In this document: piece by piece, positions 30,724 through 40,172 of the stretch
How the letters are laid out: every line of letters starts with the position of its first letter
Numbering within the stretch: position 1 is the stretch's first letter
IMG/VR virus record: IMGVR_UViG_3300042009_000026
Location: 64,001-128,000 of that record
DNA: 64,000 nucleotides
From: a virus
Lineage: Duplodnaviria; Heunggongvirae; Uroviricota; Caudoviricetes
Reading direction: 5' to 3' (one strand)
Program-made: the position numbers and the translations under genes
The notes under the pieces: generated by a model
What the model saw: the letters and a program-made list of their open reading frames with translations, nothing else
Databases searched by the model: none
What the model was told of the DNA's origin: nothing

Positions 30724-31665
30724 ATGTTCGATATCAAAACTCGCATTTACTTCTGTGGCGGCGGCTCGACTAACGTTGGCGCTATGTACGACGCTACTGG
30801 CGAGCATGTATGTTTCCTCGATTCGTCTTCCGCTAACCTGCTGACCAATCCCGTCCCTGAAGATCGTTTCTACAAGATCCCTGGTACTGATGGCGCTGGT
30901 GGTAACCCTGCTTACATGATGCCTTTCGCTCGTAAGCATGCTCCTGAAATGATTGCCCGCTTCCCAGCTGGTGCTTGCAACATCGTAGTCATCACTGGTG
31001 GTGGCGGTAGTGGTAATACCATCGGCCCGAATATTGTAGATCAGCTGCTGAAACAAGGTCTGCCAACTATCGTGATCCTGATTGCCGGTACGGATTCTAC
31101 TCGTCGTATCCGTAACACCACGAACTGCATCAAGAACCTGGAACTGGTTTCTCAGAAACATCAGCTGCCTGTCGTAATGGCAACTGTATCGAACGTTAAT
31201 GGTGAAGCTCAGGCTGACCAAGAAGTTCTGTTCCTGTTGGATGCTCTGGTTGCATTGACCGACCAGCAAAACGAACGTCTGGATACCATGGACGTGATGA
31301 ACTGGTTGCAATACAACAACGTGTGTGCGGTAGATCCAGAACTGGTATCGCTGCAAGTGGTTACCACTCGTGCTGAAGCAACCGCTATCCTGGAACCTAT
31401 CTCGGTAGCTTCCCTGTATACCGACCCGGCTAAAGATGTGCCATTCGGTACTCCATTCGTCCGTACTGTTGGTATCTGCCCGAACGAAGCTAAGCTGCCT
31501 TCGGATCAACTGCACTTCATCATTAACAGTGTAGGTATCACCTCGGTTATGGACAAGCTGGAAGAAGAACGGGTGAAAGTAAATACCGTTCAAGCTGGCT
31601 TCCGTACTCGTCGTGCCATCGTTACTGTCGATGACATTAGTGAAGATGGTTTCATCGCTGACTGA
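30724..31665 (+). CDS. phuZ: PhuZ/TubZ phage tubulin
   Basis: KTRIYFCGGG, GAGGNP, tubulin signature GGGGSG, LDTMDV T7 loop, EPISVASLYTDP, DQLHFIIN, acidic tail. Confidence 0.95.
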   Translation: MFDIKTRIYFCGGGSTNVGAMYDATGEHVCFLDSSSANLLTNPVPEDRFYKIPGTDGAGGNPAYMMPFARKHAPEMIARFPAGACNIVVITGGGGSGNTIGPNIVDQLLKQGLPTIVILIAGTDSTRRIRNTTNCIKNLELVSQKHQLPVVMATVSNVNGEAQADQEVLFLLDALVALTDQQNERLDTMDVMNWLQYNNVCAVDPELVSLQVVTTRAEATAILEPISVASLYTDPAKDVPFGTPFVRTVGICPNEAKLPSDQLHFIINSVGITSVMDKLEEERVKVNTVQAGFRTRRAIVTVDDISEDGFIAD

Positions 31666-31670
31666 TAATA

Positions 31671-31698
31671 GGGGAGCTTCGGCTCCCTTGTTTATTTC
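31671..31698 (+). terminator. UUCG terminator with a T-rich tail
   Basis: GGGAGC-TTCG-GCTCCC-TTGTTTATTT. Confidence 0.8.
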
Positions 31699-31715
31699 GT
31701 ATCTCGGAGTTTTAG

Positions 31716-31955
31716 ATGTCTGTAACAATGGCTTCTGTATTTGTCACTGTCCACCTGTTTGGTTTTGCTTCCACTAATAAGTCTTATGAAAAATATGACA
31801 ACTGGAATCAATGCGTTAACTCGCTAGAGATCCAGGAAGCGAAGTTCCATAATAAACCTAATCACCAGATTACTTTTGATCGGGAACGTGGTTACTTGGC
31901 CATCAGTGATCATCAGGCAAAGACATTGCAGAGGCATCAATGCCAAAAGGAATAA
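31716..31955 (+). CDS. Small protein with a hydrophobic N-terminus and two Cys
   Basis: GGAG RBS; WNQC…CQ. Confidence 0.6.
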   Translation: MSVTMASVFVTVHLFGFASTNKSYEKYDNWNQCVNSLEIQEAKFHNKPNHQITFDRERGYLAISDHQAKTLQRHQCQKE

Positions 31956-31956
31956 C

Positions 31957-32457
31957 ATGATACCCAATATCCGAAGTCGTGCGATTCGTACCACATTGAT
32001 GCACATTTCTTTCAGAAATAATCTTGAAGGAGTATGGCGACCACAGCCACCAGCTGGAATTGAATTAGTAGCTGGGAAATACCCAGAGCCTAATACACCA
32101 AGAATATCGGTAGCCCCTGATATCATCGGTTGTTTCCATGGTGTTTATCCAAATGTCAGTAAGTTCTTTGAAGAAAAGAAATTCCCTTATATGGATTTTA
32201 CTGTATATGAGCCGGTCTTTGAGGGGGGTGAAAGAATATGGACACCAGAGACCCTAACTAAACATAAATTGGTTTGGGATGCACATGTCACGAAAGAACA
32301 TGCCATCTTAGATGCAGTTAAGATGAAAATAGTTGGAGCTGTTCGAATCTACAATACAGATAACGAACCAACTATTATGATCCATCCATTTGATGACCCA
32401 GCTGAACCGAAACAAAGTATCGGCCCTATTGCTCACCGAATTGCGTGGTTAAGATGA
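31957..32457 (+). CDS. Hypothetical protein, possible ADP-ribosyltransferase-like fold
   Basis: LMHIS…EPNTPRISVAPDIIGC…WDAHVTKEH; ATG 31957 after AAGGA. Confidence 0.6.
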   Translation: MIPNIRSRAIRTTLMHISFRNNLEGVWRPQPPAGIELVAGKYPEPNTPRISVAPDIIGCFHGVYPNVSKFFEEKKFPYMDFTVYEPVFEGGERIWTPETLTKHKLVWDAHVTKEHAILDAVKMKIVGAVRIYNTDNEPTIMIHPFDDPAEPKQSIGPIAHRIAWLR

Positions 32458-32927
32458 AAACAGTAACTTGGTTATCCAAGAACTGGATGTCAGTAGACCA
32501 ACGTAAAGCAGTCGTAATTTCCATCGGTGATCCAGGTGAAGACATTCCCTCCTTTGCGGTTGATCCAATTGACTTGTTAAGAACCGAGTGCCATGACATT
32601 CCTAATGGGATTGCCATCGAAGATCTTGATTTGAGCTATCGTCAGTTCGACTGGACTCATGCCAGAAGAATATTGCAATTCGAACATCGCCACAAAGATC
32701 AAGATATTATCGTACACTGCCATGCCGGTATTAGCCGGAGTAAAGCAGTGGCATTGTATCTCGGTAGTTGTTGCAAACGAATCATCGATACATCTAAACC
32801 ATGTAACTTCGATGGTTCATATCTTGGATACAACGAACACATCTATCGCCAACTAGAGATCACGCATTGTGACCTGCAGTTAAGTGGTGGACAAGTAACA
32901 CTGATGGACATGTTGAAGAAATCTTAA
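32454..32927 (+). CDS. Cys-dependent (CX5R) phosphatase of the PTP/DSP superfamily
   Basis: IIVHCHAGISRSKA P-loop; VISIGDP; ATGA overlap. Confidence 0.85.
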   Translation: MKTVTWLSKNWMSVDQRKAVVISIGDPGEDIPSFAVDPIDLLRTECHDIPNGIAIEDLDLSYRQFDWTHARRILQFEHRHKDQDIIVHCHAGISRSKAVALYLGSCCKRIIDTSKPCNFDGSYLGYNEHIYRQLEITHCDLQLSGGQVTLMDMLKKS

Positions 32928-32951
32928 ACGAATTTAACTCGGAGTAAGACC

Positions 32952-33524
32952 ATGCGTGATATCGCTCGTAATTTCCTGATTGATCTGGTAGCAATTTCGT
33001 CTCACCTGCGTATTGCTGTGTTCAATGGCAAGAAGTCGCACATGTTTGATATTGTTAAAGCTACTGGTCTGACCGTAGAGCGTATCGAAGATGTTCTGGT
33101 TAAAGCACTGGAATCAGATTTCCGTGACCAGCAACTGGAGTTGTTGTCTTCGCAGATCATTTTCAGCGACTCACAAGAGCGAGCTCGTAAACCATCCGAA
33201 GCGATGCTGTACGAAGCGCCATATCCACCACTCCGTATCGTAGCAGCATTGACCGGTAGCCATATCGAACATTTGCGGAATTACCATAGCAATCCACTGA
33301 GTCGTTCTATGATTCGTGCATTCATGGATGCACAATTCACTCAACCTGTATTCGAATGGGTCCAGTCGAATATTGATAACGCGATCGATATTGGGTTGGA
33401 GGAATTTCAAGAGGGGCCAACCCATATTGGTCGTGGCATCGGTATGACTACTGAAAAAGTTAAAGAACTCATTTCTCGTTCGATGGGTATCCGACCTGAT
33501 CAAGTCAATATCCAAACAATGTAG
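32952..33524 (+). CDS. Hypothetical protein with two HTH-like motifs
   Basis: FDIVKATGLTVERIEDVL and THIGRGIGMTTEKVKELI. Confidence 0.7.
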   Translation: MRDIARNFLIDLVAISSHLRIAVFNGKKSHMFDIVKATGLTVERIEDVLVKALESDFRDQQLELLSSQIIFSDSQERARKPSEAMLYEAPYPPLRIVAALTGSHIEHLRNYHSNPLSRSMIRAFMDAQFTQPVFEWVQSNIDNAIDIGLEEFQEGPTHIGRGIGMTTEKVKELISRSMGIRPDQVNIQTM

Positions 33525-33531
33525 GTGACAT

Positions 33532-34020
33532 ATGTCAAAGCAGATGGAGCGACTAGATACATTAGTTGCCGCTGATCTGGGTTTGGCACAAGCACCGATT
33601 ACCATGATTCTCAAACATGCCACACGATTCCCAGATGCTGTTGATGGATTCGTCTTTGCGTTGGAACACAACGGATTGATTCATTATGACATCGCGGAAG
33701 TGTGGCGTTCGGTAAATGGGATGCGAGTGCGAGTTCCTCGATTCAGATCGCATCCAGTGATCGAGGAAAGACTCAGACTACGGCAATATAAGCGTTGGTA
33801 CGTCATGGGGAACGGAAGACTCTTTCCGGTGCAGACGGCCAAATACGAAGATCTCAAAGATCAGTTCTATTTCTTAACGGATAGTGACCCCACCTATCGG
33901 ACAACAACTATTCTTACCGAGGAATGTATGTTCCTGCGTAAGAAGCCTTTGCTGTTCCACCGTCTACCAAGACCGGCCTGGAGCAATCTAATTTTGATAA
34001 AAGGGAAACAACATGCATGA
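33532..34020 (+). CDS. Hypothetical protein
   Basis: 162-aa ORF, AGGT RBS. Confidence 0.7.
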   Translation: MSKQMERLDTLVAADLGLAQAPITMILKHATRFPDAVDGFVFALEHNGLIHYDIAEVWRSVNGMRVRVPRFRSHPVIEERLRLRQYKRWYVMGNGRLFPVQTAKYEDLKDQFYFLTDSDPTYRTTTILTEECMFLRKKPLLFHRLPRPAWSNLILIKGKQHA

Positions 34021-34279
34021 CGATATACCAGTAGACGACGTTGATGATGTTTTGGCCTTCGCTAATCGACTAGCTACCGAATATCCGAATCGGTTAATGA
34101 AAACAGAAGAAGCATTTATTTCTACTACCCCTATCCAAGTTTGCGTTTGGGGTGGCGATGGCGATCTTATGGCCAACATCGATATTTTGACTGGGAAGGT
34201 TTCCATTTGGATTGGTGAAATCATCGACATTGAACATGAACTGGACAATGCTCTTGATCAAGCTGAGGATGGACGGTAA
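34013..34279 (+). CDS. Small acidic protein, paralogue of the next gene
   Basis: LAxxYP…TP…VW..DG…IDI…DIE pattern shared. Confidence 0.75.
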   Translation: MHDDIPVDDVDDVLAFANRLATEYPNRLMKTEEAFISTTPIQVCVWGGDGDLMANIDILTGKVSIWIGEIIDIEHELDNALDQAEDGR

Positions 34280-34704
34280 TGAACCACATGCATTACATCT
34301 GGCAGAAGGCAGCACTGCTGGCTAGTCAGTATCCAGAAGGAATGAAGTACCGTCGTGAAGATGGTACTGCACTTTCAATTACTCCGAAGTTAATTGTTCT
34401 TTGGGATGCCGATGGCAACAACTCAGCCCATGTAGATATCGAACAGCAAGAAGTTATCTGCATGAGTTGTGATCCATGTGACATTGAAGATTGGATCACA
34501 TTGCGTCTACAAGCAACAACGTATGAAAACCTTATTAAGCAGGCGGAGAAAGATGGCAACAGTTATTTTGAGTGGTGCAGCAATCTCGCAAGTCAAGTTG
34601 CTGCAACAGGGCGCTTGGCTTTGGGGGAATCACTACGAGTTCAACCACAAGGGCGAAACGATAACAGTGATGCTGCAGAGTCGCCGGTGTTATATCTACG
34701 GTGA
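34279..34704 (+). CDS. Hypothetical protein, paralogue of the previous gene
   Basis: TAATG overlap; shared pattern. Confidence 0.75.
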   Translation: MNHMHYIWQKAALLASQYPEGMKYRREDGTALSITPKLIVLWDADGNNSAHVDIEQQEVICMSCDPCDIEDWITLRLQATTYENLIKQAEKDGNSYFEWCSNLASQVAATGRLALGESLRVQPQGRNDNSDAAESPVLYLR

Positions 34705-34717
34705 ACAACGGAAGGCA

Positions 34718-34825
34718 ATGATCTCCATCCCGCGCCGAACCATCGAGGGAATTCAAAACCTCAATGAAGAAGACGTGATTAGCCTACTTAAGCGTGCGCG
34801 CGAACTACAAGGTGAAATGCAATGA
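34718..34825 (+). CDS. 35-aa protein (MISIPRRTIEGIQNL…)
   Basis: ATG after GGAAGG; the 3' part of track ORF 34469-34825. Confidence 0.5.
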   Translation: MISIPRRTIEGIQNLNEEDVISLLKRARELQGEMQ

Positions 34826-35187
34826 CAACAGTAATTACCAAACAAGACTGCTACATCTGGTGGACCAATCAACGCGATGCTGAAAATGCTCAGTTTGCAG
34901 ATCGTACTAACTGGCCGGAAGAACTGGAAACTGAACTGAGTTCCCGAATGGGACGTGCTGGCCGTGGGAGTCTTTGGATTCCATACAGCTGGAGTTCATC
35001 TGATCTTGGGGTTGAATGGGATGATAATAACCCTATGTTTAATGCGTTGGGTAATCATTACGGTGGCATTGTTTTCCGTCGTGAACATCTGCCTTTGTTG
35101 ACTGGATTCGCCGGGCTCATTACTGACTTCGATATGAACCAGATCCAAGGGCAATGGTACAACTACGACTACGAAATGCAACCATAA
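34822..35187 (+). CDS. Hypothetical protein
   Basis: ATGA overlap; followed by a terminator. Confidence 0.7.
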   Translation: MTTVITKQDCYIWWTNQRDAENAQFADRTNWPEELETELSSRMGRAGRGSLWIPYSWSSSDLGVEWDDNNPMFNALGNHYGGIVFRREHLPLLTGFAGLITDFDMNQIQGQWYNYDYEMQP

Positions 35188-35230
35188 GGCATAAGCCCTC
35201 TCCTTCGGGAGAGGGCGCTATGTTTTTTTT
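35188..35230. terminator. Bidirectional UUCG terminator (copy of 23514-23550)
   Basis: GGCATAA-GCCCTCTCC-TTCG-GGAGAGGGC-GCTATGTTTTTT. Confidence 0.88.
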
Positions 35231-35268
35231 TGTTAGACCAGTTCTTTGACCATCATGATGATGTTCCT

Positions 35269-36081
35269 TTAAGGGGCAGCCATGATTGTACGGATGTGAT
35301 GACGGTTACCTTCTGGATCATTAAAGTTCCGAGAGATCTTACGCCATTTTTTCAGTTGCTCATCATACAGGTCGTTTGCTTCCGACCATTCGTAGATCTT
35401 GTCTTTATAGACACCAAGCTCTTGACCATACCGCAGTTGCGCATCACCCATCTCTACAAACGTGGTGTTGTAGATCCATGCTTTAACAGCATATTCCACT
35501 AACTTACTAAATGCAGGAATAGCTTGAGGACGAATGTTTAACAGCTCATCATCATTACCTAACCGGCAAGAGAGATAAGCAGAAGGTGACGGAACGTAGA
35601 TATAACGAACCATTACCGTGTTGTGGTTGATCAGGTTGATGTAAGATGTTTGTGCTACCGGGATACGGCGAGCAGCATCTAATACCTTCATTGTTTCAGC
35701 ACCCATAACCGATTGGTTATAGTTCATGGCATACCCAGAGTTCTGATAGCCTAAGATACCGAAATGGATATCGAATACTTGAACAATAGGACGCTGCTGG
35801 GTATACTCATCAGGGATGTAATAAACGATGGTGTATGGATCAACATATTCCTGCTTAACAGGAAAGTCCAACGGGATGTATGTTTTTGTGCCACCGATCA
35901 AATCGATGTCGGGCATAATACGCCCTTCGATCACTTCTTCTCGAATACGTGCTTCCAATGAGAAAGCAGCACCACATGTAGCTTCAGCGGCATACATATC
36001 GCGATTCCTGAACGCATCGTTCAGAATCTGGTGCGGGATTCGAAATTTAAGATCACTCAGGGCTTTAGTGATGGCGTTCAT
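35269..36081 (-). CDS. Conserved core protein (phiKZ gp42-like)
   Basis: MNAITKAL…IPHQIL N-terminus; isolated minus-strand gene at the syntenic position. Confidence 0.6.
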   Translation of the reverse strand: MNAITKALSDLKFRIPHQILNDAFRNRDMYAAEATCGAAFSLEARIREEVIEGRIMPDIDLIGGTKTYIPLDFPVKQEYVDPYTIVYYIPDEYTQQRPIVQVFDIHFGILGYQNSGYAMNYNQSVMGAETMKVLDAARRIPVAQTSYINLINHNTVMVRYIYVPSPSAYLSCRLGNDDELLNIRPQAIPAFSKLVEYAVKAWIYNTTFVEMGDAQLRYGQELGVYKDKIYEWSEANDLYDEQLKKWRKISRNFNDPEGNRHHIRTIMAAP

Positions 36082-36176
36082 TCTCAGACGTCCTATAAAG
36101 CGTTTTAAAAGGGTTTTCTCTGTAAAGGAATACCAGAGGTCGGTATAATATACGGAGGGGCTTACAAACGATTACA

Positions 36177-36198
36177 CCAAATTTCAGATCTATATTAT
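36177..36198 (+). promoter_or_regulatory. Early-promoter variant
   Basis: CAAAATTTCAGATCTATATTAT. Confidence 0.6.
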
Positions 36199-36209
36199 AT
36201 TTTTGTATA

Positions 36210-36614
36210 ATGAAGAGGGTACAGAAATTGTACATGAAGCAAGGTGACGTCTTATGTTGGGATATAAGCCACATCATGGGATTGCTCAAAGAACATCCAG
36301 TTACGTCATTGGTTGTCTCCAGAGCTATTCGATTCCATCACCACAATACGAGTCTAGCAATACCTAATCCGTATTTAGATTCGATAATAGATGACTTCAT
36401 CTGTCATGCGATTAATTCGTTTGAAGAAGTGATGGTGGCCGAGTTTAATCCACAACGCATTACCCCTCAAGAACATACTTGGTTCAATATGAATCAAGCT
36501 GCCCGGAAAGAGCTGTGGAACATGTTGCGTCCACTGGCTTACAATTATGCTGGGTCGATGGTCAATTACGCACGAGTTGGCGGAGTGATCTATCTATACG
36601 CACAAACCAATTAA
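36210..36614 (+). CDS. Hypothetical protein
   Basis: 134-aa ORF; start may be the internal ATG. Confidence 0.65.
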   Translation: MKRVQKLYMKQGDVLCWDISHIMGLLKEHPVTSLVVSRAIRFHHHNTSLAIPNPYLDSIIDDFICHAINSFEEVMVAEFNPQRITPQEHTWFNMNQAARKELWNMLRPLAYNYAGSMVNYARVGGVIYLYAQTN

Positions 36615-36625
36615 ACGGAGATCTC

Positions 36626-37549
36626 ATGTCTGACAAAAAGTTTGTACTCCTGGATACTCGACATCAAGTCAAGATCATCTTGGATTACTTAACCCATATT
36701 CAACAGCAGCAGCCACTCGTGGGCTTGGTGCAACCGACCAAAGGGTTGGCTCTCAATCTGGTTCAAACAATCGTAGCGGAGAAGATTGAACAGCGTGATA
36801 AAGGTATCCCAGATGGCATGGGTACAGATTGGGATGTTGCACGCGCAGCATTGCTGTTCGGGACTACACCGGGACAAGTCCTCCATCGTCAAGTTAAATT
36901 CGTGGAACGCATCCTCGAAAATAATTTGATCTATTCCATCTACGACGATATGGATCGTCAGATCAATGCACATGAAAAGTACACTACCTACAATAGTTGG
37001 GAAGTCGTCAATACTGGTTCGATGCTGGGTTTGGTTGAACGAGGTGATGCACGGATTCTGCATTGGGAAATGCTCGAAGATGCCCAGGAAGACAAATACA
37101 TTACTCTGGATCTCGGAAGAGTATTCGAAGCAGTGTTGGAGCAATTCACCAAGAACTTCGGTCCTTACCCGGATTCGCAAATTGATGCGATGATCATCGA
37201 AACCATGCTGGCTGTCTACCCACAACTCGTACGTGTAGACAAACGTCAAGAAGTAGTTAACTACGACATGGCTGCAGCATATGGCGTACCGAATCTGTCG
37301 GTGTGGATTGAGAAGTACATTCGTGAAGTGTTGGTAGCATTCCATGTTCCAGCATTCGAGCGTTACTTCACACCAGGTGTGAAATACGAATGTAATTACG
37401 CATTGCATCGCTTGACTATCCGTGAGCACAAAGAAGAAACAATTGAAGTTGATTCAGATGCAGATCTGGCTCGACAACTAGTGCGTGGTGATTACTTGCC
37501 ACGAGAAGAACGTGAGCGTGCTGAAAAGTATCTCATGGAAAATCAATAG
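36626..37549 (+). CDS. Hypothetical conserved protein
   Basis: ATG 36626 after GGAG. Confidence 0.8.
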   Translation: MSDKKFVLLDTRHQVKIILDYLTHIQQQQPLVGLVQPTKGLALNLVQTIVAEKIEQRDKGIPDGMGTDWDVARAALLFGTTPGQVLHRQVKFVERILENNLIYSIYDDMDRQINAHEKYTTYNSWEVVNTGSMLGLVERGDARILHWEMLEDAQEDKYITLDLGRVFEAVLEQFTKNFGPYPDSQIDAMIIETMLAVYPQLVRVDKRQEVVNYDMAAAYGVPNLSVWIEKYIREVLVAFHVPAFERYFTPGVKYECNYALHRLTIREHKEETIEVDSDADLARQLVRGDYLPREERERAEKYLMENQ

Positions 37550-37575
37550 AGCCCCCATGTGGGGCTTTATGCCGT
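37550..37575 (+). terminator. Hairpin followed by TTTATGCCG
   Basis: AGCCCC-CATGT-GGGGCT. Confidence 0.65.
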
Positions 37576-37578
37576 GAG

Positions 37579-38082
37579 GTGCAAATGAATCAATATGTAG
37601 TGCCATTCGAGAATGCCGTGGCAATGTTCTCGATACCAGACTTCTATGGTTTTAATGAACCGTATTATCTGGATATCGCCATGGAGTTCAATGGCGAGCT
37701 TGATAAGCTAACTGATCTAATTGCTAATGCCATTGTCCAAAGGAATGTAAACGAGCCCGAACAGTTCCGTGAAATGGTCCATATGGGCTTAGGTTATATG
37801 GGAATAGATCCAGACGAAGAAGTGTTCTATAGCAAGATGGTACAACACATTCGAAGTATCTGTCTGAAGTGTTCCATCCATATCTTCGGCAATGATCTGA
37901 AACTTATTGACGCGATTGAAGACGCTGATTGGGTTAATGTAATTTACCGAGAAACTTCGGAACCACAACTATGCTTTATACAGCAGCCCAACGATACGAC
38001 AAGCTCGCCTGGTTCCCTGGCTATGGCCTTGCCCGTAAGTTACACGATCGGGTCTATGGGAAATCAACCCATAATGAAATAG
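37579..38082 (+). CDS. Hypothetical protein
   Basis: GAGG RBS; 167 aa. Confidence 0.7.
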   Translation: MQMNQYVVPFENAVAMFSIPDFYGFNEPYYLDIAMEFNGELDKLTDLIANAIVQRNVNEPEQFREMVHMGLGYMGIDPDEEVFYSKMVQHIRSICLKCSIHIFGNDLKLIDAIEDADWVNVIYRETSEPQLCFIQQPNDTTSSPGSLAMALPVSYTIGSMGNQPIMK

Positions 38083-38096
38083 GACCTGGGGGATTC

Positions 38097-38459
38097 ATGG
38101 ACGATGTGTTTGAGTGGGTATTAGAAGCTCATTCACATTTTCTAGAAACCGGAGAGATCCTACAGCTACATCATGTACCGCGCTTGACCAAATACAACAA
38201 GAATGCTTTGGCGTATGAGATCGAGTTCTTAAAGATAGCTGTGTCCTTATGGAAACGGTTACCGAGAACTATTGGGACGATATTCCCTGTGAATCTACAG
38301 GGGAATCACATTGTACTATTATTAGGATATGATCCGAACCATAGAGACTTATCGATGCCCCCGGCTATCGTGAATGTCAGCCCAGAACAGTTCCTTCGGC
38401 CCAGCAAGAAAGTACGTGGCGGTAAACAGGATATGAAAACTATTGAAGGTGCCCCATGA
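38097..38459 (+). CDS. Hypothetical protein
   Basis: ATG 38097 after GGGGGA. Confidence 0.65.
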   Translation: MDDVFEWVLEAHSHFLETGEILQLHHVPRLTKYNKNALAYEIEFLKIAVSLWKRLPRTIGTIFPVNLQGNHIVLLLGYDPNHRDLSMPPAIVNVSPEQFLRPSKKVRGGKQDMKTIEGAP

Positions 38460-38980
38460 TCCCAATGACCCAACAAAACTTTATCCCGGATAATGTAGCT
38501 GTCCGGGTTTCTTTCGATGCAGTGCGTATCCCCATCGATAAGATGGTGAGCGTTCTCGAAGGGACTTCCAACAACACACCGTATCCGATGGAAGAAGATT
38601 CTATCCGTACGATCCTGTACGAGTGTTTGAATGAATACCTACAGTTCTCATTGCCCAATGTTCCGAACGGCCAGAACTGTTCTTTCGAACATTATCTAGA
38701 TGATCGGTTCAAAGCTCTGTCAGGCATTCTAAACCCTCCTGAGCTTGAAGGGTATCCACCGCCTGATAAACGGATGATGATGTTCCTGAACGCGCAATGG
38801 GCGATGGCCGTAGGGGAATTAGGACGACAACTCCTACCGGGTATCCGTGATCTCAATGCACACAACCAAGACATAGAACAAATCCATATGTTCAGGTTAG
38901 ATGACCACCGCACAGGCATGTATGTGTTATCCGGTGTTCTCTATGACGTGGTAGATGCAGAGACGGAAGAAGGGCTATGA
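38456..38980 (+). CDS. Hypothetical protein
   Basis: ATGA overlaps at both ends. Confidence 0.75.
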   Translation: MIPMTQQNFIPDNVAVRVSFDAVRIPIDKMVSVLEGTSNNTPYPMEEDSIRTILYECLNEYLQFSLPNVPNGQNCSFEHYLDDRFKALSGILNPPELEGYPPPDKRMMMFLNAQWAMAVGELGRQLLPGIRDLNAHNQDIEQIHMFRLDDHRTGMYVLSGVLYDVVDAETEEGL

Positions 38981-39321
38981 CCCATTGCCTCCACACATAT
39001 CCAATCGGTATGTTTGGGCACATTGATGTACCAGGCCATACAAAAGAAGCCATCGGTATTAGCCATTGGATGTTCTCAACGGCAATCCAGAATTGTATGC
39101 CTGATCGCTTCGTCCCAGTCCAAGATGAAATATGGTACGCATTAGAACATTATTTAGGTGATCGGTTACATGACATGCCTAACAATCTTTTGCAGTATGT
39201 TGAGGCACAAAGCTTTAACTACCATTACAATGTGATAAATTACTTCTGTCAACTCAATCCAGTAGAGCACATACCTACACCCGATAATCAGCTGGGGGTG
39301 GCTATCGTCGTCAAGGAATAA
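38977..39321 (+). CDS. Hypothetical protein
   Basis: ATGA overlap. Confidence 0.7.
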   Translation: MTHCLHTYPIGMFGHIDVPGHTKEAIGISHWMFSTAIQNCMPDRFVPVQDEIWYALEHYLGDRLHDMPNNLLQYVEAQSFNYHYNVINYFCQLNPVEHIPTPDNQLGVAIVVKE

Positions 39322-39322
39322 A

Positions 39323-39703
39323 ATGAAACTCAATGAACCACAACTGATCTATTCCGTAATGGAGTCTAGCGCAGGATTAAGATTCGCCGCTCGTTTTCTG
39401 AATGAGTCTACCCATGATCCCGATAAAGATAATTGGGATGAAAGTGGAGTCCCATTGCGCAGGGCACTGGTGAATAAGTTCCAAAAACTAGTGATGGATA
39501 TATTCTGCGATGAATTATTCATGGAGACTATTTTAGAGTCCCCTGAAGAAGACCTGACCCAAGACATGCTGGATACATTTGAAATCTATCAAGAGTTCAT
39601 CACAATGTTTCCGCATTACGATGTCATCGGTATTGTGCCAATGAATCTGGCTGGAACAGTTGGGTTCATAATTCAGGACAAACCTATGAGAAAACACTCA
39701 TAG
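39323..39703 (+). CDS. Hypothetical protein
   Basis: AAGGA RBS. Confidence 0.7.
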   Translation: MKLNEPQLIYSVMESSAGLRFAARFLNESTHDPDKDNWDESGVPLRRALVNKFQKLVMDIFCDELFMETILESPEEDLTQDMLDTFEIYQEFITMFPHYDVIGIVPMNLAGTVGFIIQDKPMRKHS

Positions 39704-39713
39704 GGAATATCCA

Positions 39714-40130
39714 ATGGCATTAATCACTGACATTGCTGAAGGTACTCGGGTAAGCTTTGAAGTTTACCCAGTTGCTTATCTAGCCAATGAATTCAAAGAC
39801 GTAACACTAGAAGGGATTGTGACACCAATGGTTGCTCGTCAACTGGGTCATGATCTGGATACGGCACACCAAAACGTATACCCTACATTGGTAGCTGCTG
39901 GTCTGTCGGTCCCTAACGATGCTCGTCAATACAACTACGCTTACATCTCGTTTGCTAGTGGTGAGACTATTTTCGTTGGTGTACCTTGGATTCGTGCAGG
40001 AACAGTTGTATCGTCGAATGGTCAAACACTGAGTCTGGTCTTCCAGAACTTAGATGATCGTAGACGTCGTCGGATCTTGGAAGCAGTTTCCGCGATCAAT
40101 GAAACACCTAGTTCTCAGACATGGGAATAA
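39714..40130 (+). CDS. Conserved core protein (phiKZ gp49-like, beta-barrel)
   Basis: VSFEVYP…HQNVYPTL…VGVPWI; position upstream of the polymerase. Confidence 0.6.
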   Translation: MALITDIAEGTRVSFEVYPVAYLANEFKDVTLEGIVTPMVARQLGHDLDTAHQNVYPTLVAAGLSVPNDARQYNYAYISFASGETIFVGVPWIRAGTVVSSNGQTLSLVFQNLDDRRRRRILEAVSAINETPSSQTWE

Positions 40131-40133
40131 AAG

Positions 40134-40162
40134 AGCCTCCCCTGGTGGGAGGCTTTATGCCG
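40134..40162 (+). terminator. Hairpin followed by TTTATGCCG
   Basis: AGCCTCCC-CTGGT-GGGAGGCT. Confidence 0.75.
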
Positions 40163-40172
40163 GAGTAATTAA

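Noticed and set aside
34469-34717. 5' part of the 118-aa track ORF
   Set aside because: Overlaps the supported 34279-34704 gene; RBS favours ATG 34718
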